64,000 nucleotides of DNA from a virus, in the IMG/VR virus record IMGVR_UViG_3300029989_000006; one strand, written 5' to 3'. Position numbers and translations under genes: made by a program. The notes below the pieces were generated by a model, which was given only the letters and a program-made list of their open reading frames with translations, searched no databases and was not told where the DNA came from. The first letter of the stretch is position 1, and each line of letters opens with the position of its first letter. This document shows, one piece after another, positions 48,832 to 57,060 of this stretch.

Positions 48832-49247
48832 AATATAATTCCTCCTATAAATCCAGTACCTATAAAATAGGGCCACTTTCTTATTTTATTTTTATATTTA
48901 ATTATATCTTTATTTAATTGAATATTTACATCAGATAATAATTTAGTTTCTTTATCTTTTGTATTAATTATAATATCTTTATTATTATTAACAATATTAT
49001 AATCTTCTGTTGTTTTCTTTAAAGATTTAATTATCTTTTCATCTAAGTTATATAAGTTCTCATATTCTTCTAATGTTGTAATATAAGTTCTTAAATTTCT
49101 AATTTCTTGTTTCTTAAATTGATAAGAAACTATTGTATCGTTAGTAATACTATCTTGATATATTACTCACTTTTGTGAGGACTGAGTCCATCCACATAGC
49201 GTGGTCAATAGCACCAGCATTATAGATAGTGTTAATTTTCTTATCAT
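48813..49247 (-). CDS. Spanin-like protein: signal peptide, coiled coil and C-terminal TM, 144 aa (code 4); absent from the ORF track
   Basis: MIRKLTLSIMLVLLTTLCGWTQSSQKW(TGA)...KWPYFIGTGFIGGIILCHLVK; overlaps the upstream TM/coiled-coil gene. Confidence 0.5.
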
Positions 49248-49521
49248 AATGATTTATTATTTTTTCCTTCACATGTTCCATTGAATCTACTTGTATTTCT
49301 AATCTTTTTATATTATTCATAAAATAAGTATTCTCTTTATTTAATGAATCTACTTTTAATTCATATTTTTCTATTATTGCATCTATTTTTGCTTCACTTT
49401 TCTTTGTGTAGTAAATAGATATAGTAGATATTCCTAGCCATAAAAATGCAACTATTAAAATACTTGCTAAGATTATTCCTACTTTAGAATATAATTTTTT
49501 CTCTTGATCGCTTAAAATCAT
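49150..49521 (-). CDS. i-spanin-like protein (TM plus coiled coil), 123 aa
   Basis: One N-terminal TM segment followed by heptad-like sequence. Confidence 0.5.
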   Translation of the reverse strand: MILSDQEKKLYSKVGIILASILIVAFLWLGISTISIYYTKKSEAKIDAIIEKYELKVDSLNKENTYFMNNIKRLEIQVDSMEHVKEKIINHYDKKINTIYNAGAIDHAMWMDSVLTKVSNISR

Positions 49522-50413
49522 CGTGCTCTAATTGTTTTTTATAATATGCTAACATTCTTTCAACATCGTTTTTAATATATTCACATTCATAAGTCTCACA
49601 ATTATCGTCGTGATCATAATGAATAAGCATTAATAATTTAATATTAAATTCAGGATTAATTTTTTGAATCATCCAAGCATATGTACTTAATTGTAAAGTA
49701 TAATGCCAGAAATTACAATCCTGAATATTATTTAATGGATACATTAAGGTTGAACTCTTTTTCATCTTTCTATCAAAATAAGACTTGGTCTCAATTTTTT
49801 TATTAGTCTTAAAATCAAGAATATATACATCCTTATCATCAACAATAACTAAGTCTGCTTGCCCAGCTAATCTAAGCTTTCCATCGTCAGATATTCTTGA
49901 TAATAAAATCTCAGGATAAATTCCTTTTTCTCCTATTTTTAATTTATTAGATGTATCAGGATTAAACTTTCCACCTAATTTTAAATGTTGAAATGATTCC
50001 GTTTTTCCACCTAATAATTCCAACTCTCTTGCTTTATGTATTGCTGTTCCTCTAACGCAAGATTCATCTCTTTTTCTAGCCCATTCAGTTAATAATTCTG
50101 TTTTTGCAAAATCAAACTGATCTTTTGGAACATTGAAAAAAGTTAAATAAGTATCATTGAATTTCTTCGTATCTAATAAAGCATTCTTAACTTCTTTAAA
50201 TCTAGTTTCTCCAACTAATCCTTCTAATGTTTTATACGCAGACCAAAATTCTTCATCAAATGTAGCAAATTTATGTATAAGTGTAGTAACTGAAATACAA
50301 TCCTGATTACTATCTTTTGTCCAATATTTATGTAAATCATCATTATACTTAACTGCTTGATCTTCTTTATCAACAATTAATTTTGTATAATCAATTAAAT
50401 TATTTTTATTCAT
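49484..50413 (-). CDS. PD-(D/E)XK nuclease, 309 aa
   Basis: SVTTLI, RGTAIH, LAGQADL...ILDFKTN and YTLQLSTY. Confidence 0.85.
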   Translation of the reverse strand: MNKNNLIDYTKLIVDKEDQAVKYNDDLHKYWTKDSNQDCISVTTLIHKFATFDEEFWSAYKTLEGLVGETRFKEVKNALLDTKKFNDTYLTFFNVPKDQFDFAKTELLTEWARKRDESCVRGTAIHKARELELLGGKTESFQHLKLGGKFNPDTSNKLKIGEKGIYPEILLSRISDDGKLRLAGQADLVIVDDKDVYILDFKTNKKIETKSYFDRKMKKSSTLMYPLNNIQDCNFWHYTLQLSTYAWMIQKINPEFNIKLLMLIHYDHDDNCETYECEYIKNDVERMLAYYKKQLEHDDFKRSREKIIF

Positions 50414-50440
50414 ATATCATTTTCATTTATTCCTATTATT

Positions 50441-51172
50441 CTAAAATGGTCATTTTAACCATTTCTTTTCATGTAATTTGTTATCTAAATTATCAAAGTT
50501 CCACATAGAACTTATAATTTGTGCAGCCTTGGCAACCTCATGTAAAGAATCTTTTTTACATAATATTTTTTCATGTATTGTAGTTGCAACTATAAATCCA
50601 ACTACTTCATCTACACCATGTATTGCATAAAATATGGCAGACTTAACATTATTAGGTTCCATAAATGCATATAATACTGGATATTCTTCTTTAACTTCCT
50701 TTAAATCTTCAATAAATATATATCCGTCTTTTTCTAATTGAGTTAAAAATTTAGCAATTAATGATAAATTTATTCTTTGATACTGTAAAGCCACTGGTGA
50801 AGTACCTGTTGAAGTAACCTCTGCTGCTGCAGAAGCAAACAAAAAAGGCAATCCTGCTAAGTTAGAAGTACCATTAGAATATTCAAATACTAAAGCTCTA
50901 TCTGCACAAGCATTTATTGCTACGTCTTGTAATAATACAATTACTTCTTCAGAAAATTGTTTTCTCAATCTATTACCCACTTTATGAGTTTCTTTTTCTA
51001 TTTGTACTCTTCTAGCAATCTTTTCATCTATAGCTTGGCCTGATGAACTTCAAGAAAAAATTATAAACCCTATTAAAGCTAAGGGTAATGCAGCTGCAAG
51101 TAAAAACAATATAACTGCCCAAATTCCTTCTTGTTGTAATAAATACATTAAAAATTTAACTAATGCCTCCAT
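50441..51172 (-). CDS. Membrane protein with a GAF-like C-terminal domain (T4 T-holin-like architecture), 243 aa (code 4)
   Basis: The hydrophobic N-terminal extension contains 2 TGA and is in frame with 50450..50980; ADRALVFEYSNG motif. Confidence 0.5.
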
Positions 51173-51216
51173 TTATTTTTGGATTTTTAAAATTAACTAC
51201 TCTAAATTATTTTATG

Positions 51217-51273
51217 CAAAGTTATGAATAATTATCAGATAAAATTATAAATCTTTTAAAAATTTATAATTTT
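51217..51273 (-). promoter_or_regulatory. Late promoter: TAACTTTG plus upstream palindrome
   Basis: TAnnTTTG at 51217-51224; AAAATTATAAAT...ATTTATAATTTT at 51241-51273. Confidence 0.6.
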
Positions 51274-51347
51274 AAACTAAATATACTTTAAACATTAACA
51301 TTATCATATCAATAAAAATAGGAGACAATTATCTTGCCTCCTATGAT

Positions 51348-52031
51348 CTAAATTCCATTATCCCGAAGTAATGTAAGTATTTGTGGTATAAGAGGGTTTC
51401 TCACACAATCTTCATCAGCAAATTCTACTGTTCCAATAAGATTTGTTTCTTTAAAAATTTCAAACATAGTTGTTAGACATGAATCTTTAGGATTTTTCTT
51501 ATCTATTTGTTCTATATCTCCAAGGAAAATATATTTAGAATTTTCTCCTATACGAGTCATAATAGTTTTAAATGTATGATCTGTAATATTCTGTGATTCA
51601 TCTACAATAACTATAGAGTTGTCAATACTTAGTCCCCTAATAAATGCAATTGGTAATACTTCTACTACACCTTCTTTCATTAATTTTTTGCAAGTATCCT
51701 TACCACATAGTTTATCAATATTCCATGTATAAGACATCATAAATGGTTCCATTTTATCTTCTGCAGAACCAGGTAAAAATCCTAGTTCTTCCTGTGGAAT
51801 AGTAGTGATTGATTTAATCAATACTATTTTTTTATACCTTTCTCCTAATAAATTTAAAGCAGTAGCTAATGCGCAATAAGTTTTTCCTGTTCCAGATGAT
51901 CCAATTGCTATAACTACTTCTTTTCGTTTAATTAGGTTTACCATTTCACCTTGTTTAATAGTTCTTGGTATAAAATTCTGTACTAAATTCGGCTGTTTCT
52001 CGGGTAGCTCGTCTCTTTTTCCTCTTCCCAT
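51348..52031 (-). CDS. phoH: PhoH-family ATPase, 227 aa
   Basis: GSSGTGKT, LGFLPG, FIRG, IVDESQN, TRIGENSK, GDIEQID and VRNPL. Confidence 0.93.
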   Translation of the reverse strand: MGRGKRDELPEKQPNLVQNFIPRTIKQGEMVNLIKRKEVVIAIGSSGTGKTYCALATALNLLGERYKKIVLIKSITTIPQEELGFLPGSAEDKMEPFMMSYTWNIDKLCGKDTCKKLMKEGVVEVLPIAFIRGLSIDNSIVIVDESQNITDHTFKTIMTRIGENSKYIFLGDIEQIDKKNPKDSCLTTMFEIFKETNLIGTVEFADEDCVRNPLIPQILTLLRDNGI

Positions 52032-52049
52032 ATTTAATTTTTAGTTAAT

Positions 52050-52077
52050 AAAAAACCCATTGTTATTACAATGGGTT
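52050..52077 (-). terminator. Intrinsic terminator
   Basis: AACCCATTGT-AATA-ACAATGGGTT followed by TTTT. Confidence 0.7.
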
Positions 52078-52155
52078 GAGTTATATTAGTTGATGTGAGA
52101 TTAATTTTCCGAAATTATTATAAATTTTCCTATTTGTCACATACCTTATAACTTC

Positions 52156-52335
52156 TTACCATTTAGGTTTTAATTTTCCATAATTTGGAACTACATCACC
52201 AATTAATTCTGGAGCATAGTTTTTTAACACCTCTTTTATATATTTTTTAGATGGATTACCTAAAGCTAATTGTATAGCGTGATATGTTAATCCCTCTTTT
52301 CTTAATTCTATTATTCTTTCTTCTTGTTCATTCAT
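52156..52335 (-). CDS. Small HTH-like protein, 59 aa
   Basis: IIELRKEGLTYHAIQLALG; start MNEQEER. Confidence 0.55.
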   Translation of the reverse strand: MNEQEERIIELRKEGLTYHAIQLALGNPSKKYIKEVLKNYAPELIGDVVPNYGKLKPKW

Positions 52336-52337
52336 AA

Positions 52338-52553
52338 TTAAAATCTTGTTGGAATACATCCAGATTCCACAATATCCCATTTATAAAAAGATCCATCTGG
52401 AAATTTAAACTCTTTTAATTTATCAATTATTTCTTGATTATCAATTCTTAATTTTAAATACTCATTTACTTGAACATAAAATGCTGGCATATCAATTACT
52501 CTTACAAGTGGAAACCGTGCACTCATTTTATATATTTCATTAAATTTTTCCAT
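52338..52553 (-). CDS. Hypothetical protein, 71 aa
   Basis: Intact ORF coupled to the upstream gene by TAATG. Confidence 0.55.
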   Translation of the reverse strand: MEKFNEIYKMSARFPLVRVIDMPAFYVQVNEYLKLRIDNQEIIDKLKEFKFPDGSFYKWDIVESGCIPTRF

Positions 52554-53101
52554 TACTTTCTATACTTAGCTCTTGCAGAGTCCTTATTCTTAGATTTAAA
52601 TGTATCTAATTGAGAATCACAGTTTGGGCAGATTAATCTTAAATTAGTTCTCTCATTATTGTCTGCATTTCCATCAATATGATCTAAAATAAAAACTAAA
52701 TTTTCACCATTCCACATATCCTCCATCTTACATATAGAACATTTATGATTCTGTTCTTCTAAAAAATGTTTTTTATAATGCTGCATATTTTTTTGACCAT
52801 ATGCAATAGAATTATCTAACTGATATTCTTGATAATGTTTTTTACTTTGATATTCTCCTCTACAACTTATAGAACAACACTCTGTTCTACCTCCTCTACC
52901 ATCTTTTGCTGGTTTAAATTCTTTGCCACAATTTGGGCATATTTCGTTAAGAATTTTGTTTTTTCTATTAGGTACATCAATACCTAATTTTAATGCCCAT
53001 TGTTTAATTGTTTTATCCGAAACCCCAAACATTTTTCCTAATGTAGTATAAGGTAACTTATCTACTATTAATAATTGTTCTAATTCCTCTTTTGTTGTCA
53101 T
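52553..53101 (-). CDS. HNH endonuclease, 182 aa
   Basis: CSIC...LDHIDGNADNNERTNLRLICPNCD; N-terminal HTH-like segment and CPNC zinc motif. Confidence 0.88.
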   Translation of the reverse strand: MTTKEELEQLLIVDKLPYTTLGKMFGVSDKTIKQWALKLGIDVPNRKNKILNEICPNCGKEFKPAKDGRGGRTECCSISCRGEYQSKKHYQEYQLDNSIAYGQKNMQHYKKHFLEEQNHKCSICKMEDMWNGENLVFILDHIDGNADNNERTNLRLICPNCDSQLDTFKSKNKDSARAKYRK

Positions 53102-53108
53102 TTATCAT

Positions 53109-53140
53109 TTTACATTTACACTTACACTTACACTTACATT
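53109..53140 (-). repeat. Hexamer tandem repeat (TGTAAG)3(TGTAAA)2 in the tRNA 3' trailer
   Basis: Read directly on + as tttacatttacacttacacttacacttacatt. Confidence 0.8.
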
Positions 53141-53141
53141 G

Positions 53142-53214
53142 CGCCTTCACTTCGATTCGAACGAAGATCTAATAATTTTGAAGATTATTGTTTTAGCCGT
53201 TAAACTACGAAGAC
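53142..53214 (-). tRNA. Opal suppressor tRNA, anticodon UCA (presumed Trp)
   Basis: GTCTTCG TA GTTT-AACGGCTA-AAAC A ATAAT-CTTCAAA-ATTAT TAGAT CTTCG-TTCGAAT-CGAAG TGAAGGC G. Full cloverleaf, discriminator G, CCA not encoded. Confidence 0.92.
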
Positions 53215-53229
53215 ATTTCTTTATATATT

Positions 53230-53445
53230 TTAAAATCTTCTTCGGGTAATTATATTTATACCTTCTAGAATGTCTTCTAGTTTACTTTTATCGCCATAAT
53301 AATATAACCAACCCCTATCTGTTATTGTAGTATCAAATACTTCTATATCATCTCCCTCAATTCTTACTGTCCAATTCTTTTTACACCATTCCTGGTCATT
53401 CGCATTGAATCTAAAACCGTGCTTTGTCAATACTTCATCCATCAT
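53230..53445 (-). CDS. Hypothetical protein, 71 aa
   Basis: ORF downstream of the promoter; start MMDEVL. Confidence 0.55.
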   Translation of the reverse strand: MMDEVLTKHGFRFNANDQEWCKKNWTVRIEGDDIEVFDTTITDRGWLYYYGDKSKLEDILEGINIITRRRF

Positions 53446-53465
53446 TCCTTTATATTTTACATACA

Positions 53466-53473
53466 CAAAGGTA
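53466..53473 (-). promoter_or_regulatory. Bacteroidota-type -7 box (TACCTTTG) for the tRNA/HNH unit
   Basis: Matches TAnnTTTG. Confidence 0.55.
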
Positions 53474-53655
53474 ACAAATTTTTTTATAAAAAATCTTAAA
53501 ATATAAAAAATATAAAAAATTTTACTTCTATATATTTTTAAACTTAATATTTCAAGATTTATAAAAGTTAATCCTTAAAAATTAATTCAATTCATTTATA
53601 AATCTTATCAATAAAAAAATTCATCAATTTTATTTTTTATGTAAAATATAATCTT

Positions 53656-53663
53656 TAATTTTG
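53656..53663 (+). promoter_or_regulatory. -7 box (TAATTTTG) for the SLT gene
   Basis: Matches TAnnTTTG, about 25 nt before the ATG. Confidence 0.5.
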
Positions 53664-53687
53664 TAAAATCAATAATCATTAAACAAC

Positions 53688-54653
53688 ATGGTAACTGAAA
53701 TAAATTGAATTGAAAATAAACAAACTGGTAAAAAAATAAACTGGTTACAGAAAGGATATAAACTTCCATCTAAAATAGAACGTGCAAAACGTCAAATGGT
53801 AATAGAAAGTAATTTAGATTCACTTGCTACTTCACCCAAAGGAGCTTATGGATGATTTCAGATGTTACCTGGTACTCATAATGATTATGTAAAAGAAACT
53901 GGAGATAGATCATCCTTTGGTCATTTATCTAATTTTGATCAGGCTTTTAAAGAACGAAATTGATATATGGATAAACTTAATAATCTTGATTTTTTAAAAG
54001 ATAAACCTGGAACTCCATTAGTAAAAGCAGCTAAAACTTATGCTACATATAATGCAGGTCCGGGTCCAATAGTAAATGCACTTAATGATGCTAAAGCTAG
54101 AGGAGAAGATATTTATAATAGTCTTGGCTGATTAAATGATATACCAGAAGAAAGTCGTAATTATGTAAATAAAATGTTTGGAAAAGATCCTACATTTGAA
54201 CAAAAATATAAAGAGTCAAAGTCTAATCCTAATGCTTCCTTTCTTAAGAAAATAAAATTTCAAGCAGGAGGATTATTTAATACTAATAAAACAGCATATG
54301 TTGATAGTGTATTAAATGCAAATAAACATTTGGATTGAGTAAAAAGATTATTTGAAAATCATCCTATATCTATTCCAACTCCTAAAGATATATCCTCAGA
54401 AAAAGGAATGATGTCAACACATCTAATGTCTGATAATAATGAAGGATATATGTTTCCAAGATTACAATTAATTAATGGTAAACTAACTGACTTAGGAAAT
54501 AGAGCTGAAGATTATGCAAGGGATACTAATACTGGAATACAATTACCAAAAATACAAGGAACTTGATTGGCAAGAAATGGTTATAAACAAGGAACAGGAG
54601 TTTTAATAAAATATCAAAAAGGAAATAAATTATTTTTAATTCCTAAAAACTAA
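53688..54653 (+). CDS. Lytic transglycosylase (SLT/GH23-like), 321 aa (code 4); absent from the ORF track
   Basis: IESN...ATSPKGAYGW(TGA)FQMLPGT...TYNAGPG...PEESRNYV; several in-frame TGAs; TAA at 54651. Confidence 0.88.
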
Positions 54654-54689
54654 ATAGATAATTAATTAATAATTTTAATAATTAAACAC

Positions 54690-54737
54690 ATGGCTTGTAA
54701 GACAAAACCCAAAGCTCCAGTTAAACCTAAGAAATAG
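54690..54737 (+). CDS. Basic micro-peptide MACKTKPKAPVKPKK
   Basis: Leader ATTAAACAC-ATG resembles the SLT leader ATTAAACAAC-ATG; sits just before a terminator. Confidence 0.45.
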   Translation: MACKTKPKAPVKPKK

Positions 54738-54744
54738 GTTAAAC

Positions 54745-54785
54745 AAAAATCCCATTATCTTCATTGATAATGGGATTTCTTTTTT
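54745..54785. terminator. Bidirectional terminator
   Basis: AAAAATCCCATTATC-TTCATT-GATAATGGGATTTCTTTTT between convergent genes. Confidence 0.8.
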
Positions 54786-55092
54786 ATAATCCAGATACAT
54801 TCATATCATGTTTAACTTTTACTCTACTCTTTTTCCTTTTAATCTTCCTTTTCTTAGTCTTTCCACTTTTAAATATCCCATGTTCTAAACTATGACAACC
54901 TTTACATAATGTCACTAACCAAGAATTCGGTACTTCCCACGGCATTCCATCACCATACTTCTTATGATGTACTTGTAATAACTTAGTGGCTCCACATTTT
55001 ACACATCTATATCCATCCCTCTCTAATATCTCTTCTCTCTTCTTCAACCATTCTTCTCTAAGAAGAAGTTGAGCATACATCTTCTTCGTCAT
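54784..55092 (-). CDS. Small HNH endonuclease, about 102 aa
   Basis: W..KR..ILERDGYRCVKCG...LQVHH...LVTLCKGCH...H. Confidence 0.85.
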   Translation of the reverse strand: MTKKMYAQLLLREEWLKKREEILERDGYRCVKCGATKLLQVHHKKYGDGMPWEVPNSWLVTLCKGCHSLEHGIFKSGKTKKRKIKRKKSRVKVKHDMNVSGL

Positions 55093-55195
55093 TTTCCATT
55101 GTTGGTTTACCATACAATATAGCATCAGTAGTTGTTCTAACAAAATCTTCAAACAATTCCATCTCTACTTTACTAATCCATACTCCATTATTCAT
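55058..55195 (-). CDS. Small acidic protein, 45 aa
   Basis: MNNGVWISKVEMELFEDFVR..., coupled to the Rep-like gene by TAATG. Confidence 0.4.
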   Translation of the reverse strand: MNNGVWISKVEMELFEDFVRTTTDAILYGKPTMENDEEDVCSTSS

Positions 55196-55947
55196 TATAA
55201 TACAACCTCTACATATTTATTTGGATGCTTCAATCTATCCAATTCTTCTTTAATCTGCTTATTTTCTTTTAAAACAATATCTAACTGCAATGCCATCGTA
55301 TCAATTTTTAAATCTGTCTTATCTAATCTATCTTCATGATTCTGTAACTTAAATACAATCGCTTGTTCTAACTCATTTAAATGAAATATCTTCTCATTTA
55401 TCATTAATCCAGTATCTTTATCTTTAACACCTGTCCTAATTATATCCAAATATCCCTTCTCTGCTAAACTCTTATTATGCTTCACAACTGTATTATAAGA
55501 CAAATTAATAATCTCCGCTAACTTCGTATCTGTATACGTAAGCTTTCCAAACCCCTCTAAATCCTTAAACATATATTGTTGAGTCGCAACTATATACGCC
55601 TTTTCATTAGCAGTTAGATTCTTCATTTCTAAAAACTCCAACGAGAACGGTTCAAAATTCTTATAAGGATTAAAATGATAAACATTTTTTCTCCCATCCT
55701 TTGTAACCTCAATATATCCCAATTCCTTTAAAGTCTTAATTGATTTCAACACCGTAGGTTTAGAACTACTCGATAACTCCATTATTGTTTCTATTGATGG
55801 AAAACACGTCTTCGTCACCTTATTCTGATGTTTCTTTATACATACATATATCAACAAATCCTTAGGTGATAAATCCGTACCTCTTGTCATATCATTTGGC
55901 AACTGAACATGCTGTAACGATTCTTTTTTCTGATTTTCTTCTTCCAT
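55195..55947 (-). CDS. Winged-HTH replication initiator-like protein, 250 aa
   Basis: LIYVCI...CFPSIETI...SKPTVLKSIKTLKELGYI plus a second HTH-like unit and a C-terminal coiled coil. Confidence 0.65.
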   Translation of the reverse strand: MEEENQKKESLQHVQLPNDMTRGTDLSPKDLLIYVCIKKHQNKVTKTCFPSIETIMELSSSSKPTVLKSIKTLKELGYIEVTKDGRKNVYHFNPYKNFEPFSLEFLEMKNLTANEKAYIVATQQYMFKDLEGFGKLTYTDTKLAEIINLSYNTVVKHNKSLAEKGYLDIIRTGVKDKDTGLMINEKIFHLNELEQAIVFKLQNHEDRLDKTDLKIDTMALQLDIVLKENKQIKEELDRLKHPNKYVEVVL

Positions 55948-55968
55948 ATTTTTAATTAATTTAATATA

Positions 55969-55976
55969 CAAAGGTA
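55969..55976 (-). promoter_or_regulatory. -7 box (TACCTTTG) for the Rep-like gene
   Basis: Matches TAnnTTTG; same 8-mer as at 53466. Confidence 0.55.
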
Positions 55977-56136
55977 AAGAAATTTTTTCATATTTTACCT
56001 ATTTTATAAAAAGTTTTAAATCACTTCCCACAACTTCCCCACATTCCATTTTCCCACATTATCAATAGTCAATTTATAGAATTTCCCAATCTCAACATTA
56101 TCATATTTCCTCATCTCCAAAAATTTTACTATTCCA

Positions 56137-56195
56137 TTTCAAAAAGTACCCGACACTTTTTCAAAATGTACCCCATAGGATTTCAAAAAGTACCC
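56137..56195 (+). repeat. Three iteron-like 15-mers TTTCAAAA(A/T)GTACCC with 22-bp period
   Basis: Copies start at 56137, 56159 and 56181. Confidence 0.85.
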
Positions 56196-56343
56196 TCTAA
56201 CTATATATACTACATACTGAAAAAACTAAACTTAAAGGGGATTTCCTTTCCCACTTTTCCCCAAAAAATTTTTTTCTAAAAATTTTAAAGATTCGTGATT
56301 CGCGAATTGAGAATTTTAAGAAAATATGAAATTCTAATTTATC

Positions 56344-57003
56344 TTATTCTTTAAATTTCCAAATAAATCCATAGATAGTTTTTCTACTACTACCACAACA
56401 TTCTCCAATTTTATTAGACTTAGTTTTTTGAACTAATCCTTCAATAGATCTTGCAGCATCTGCAATTGAATTAAACTCCTCAATTAAATTATCCTCCAAA
56501 TCATATTTCTGAACCTTCTTCTTTTTATCATTCTGTGATTCTGACAACTTCTTTTTAGTTTCTTCTGATTTAACATATCCAGTCCTTCCGAGAGATAAAT
56601 TATCTAATTGTTCTTGAGTTTTAGGAATAGTTTTTAAATGTTCCTTCATCTCTTCTGTATGTTTATATCCAATATTACCTTCTCCTCCCTTATTTAGATT
56701 ATACCCAAATTCAGACATATCTGTCTTATATAATTTTATATATCTTTTTTCTAACTTATTCAACACCCTCTTAAGTTTTTCTTTATCTGGTGTTGGTTTA
56801 AATTTAATTATAACCTCATATCTAAAATTCTCAAATCCATATTTTCTAATAGCATTTCCAAAATACGTCTGACTTTTTATATCCTCATTTTTATGATGAC
56901 TTTTTCTACTACTCTCATTAATCGTCTGTCCAACATACCTCTTTCCACTTGGGGAAATATATACATAAATTAATCCAATTCTAAACTCCTTTACACTAAC
57001 CAT
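56344..57003 (-). CDS. GIY-YIG homing endonuclease with NUMOD-type domains, 219 aa
   Basis: GLIY...KRYVGQT...GYNL..GG; C-terminal KYDLEDNLIEEFNSIADA...YGFIWKF. Confidence 0.88.
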   Translation of the reverse strand: MVSVKEFRIGLIYVYISPSGKRYVGQTINESSRKSHHKNEDIKSQTYFGNAIRKYGFENFRYEVIIKFKPTPDKEKLKRVLNKLEKRYIKLYKTDMSEFGYNLNKGGEGNIGYKHTEEMKEHLKTIPKTQEQLDNLSLGRTGYVKSEETKKKLSESQNDKKKKVQKYDLEDNLIEEFNSIADAARSIEGLVQKTKSNKIGECCGSSRKTIYGFIWKFKE

Positions 57004-57052
57004 AATTTCTAATTTTTAAATTTTTACTATATTTTATCTATTTTATCTGATA

Positions 57053-57060
57053 CAAATTTA
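57053..57060 (-). promoter_or_regulatory. -7 box candidate (TAAATTTG)
   Basis: Matches TAnnTTTG, 50 nt upstream of the GIY-YIG gene. Confidence 0.4.

Noticed and set aside
53101-53141. Theta ribozyme at the tRNA 3' end
   Set aside because: The trailer is a hexamer repeat with no HDV-like pairing.
56344-57003. Group I intron around the GIY-YIG gene
   Set aside because: No interrupted host gene or intron core is visible; it appears free-standing.
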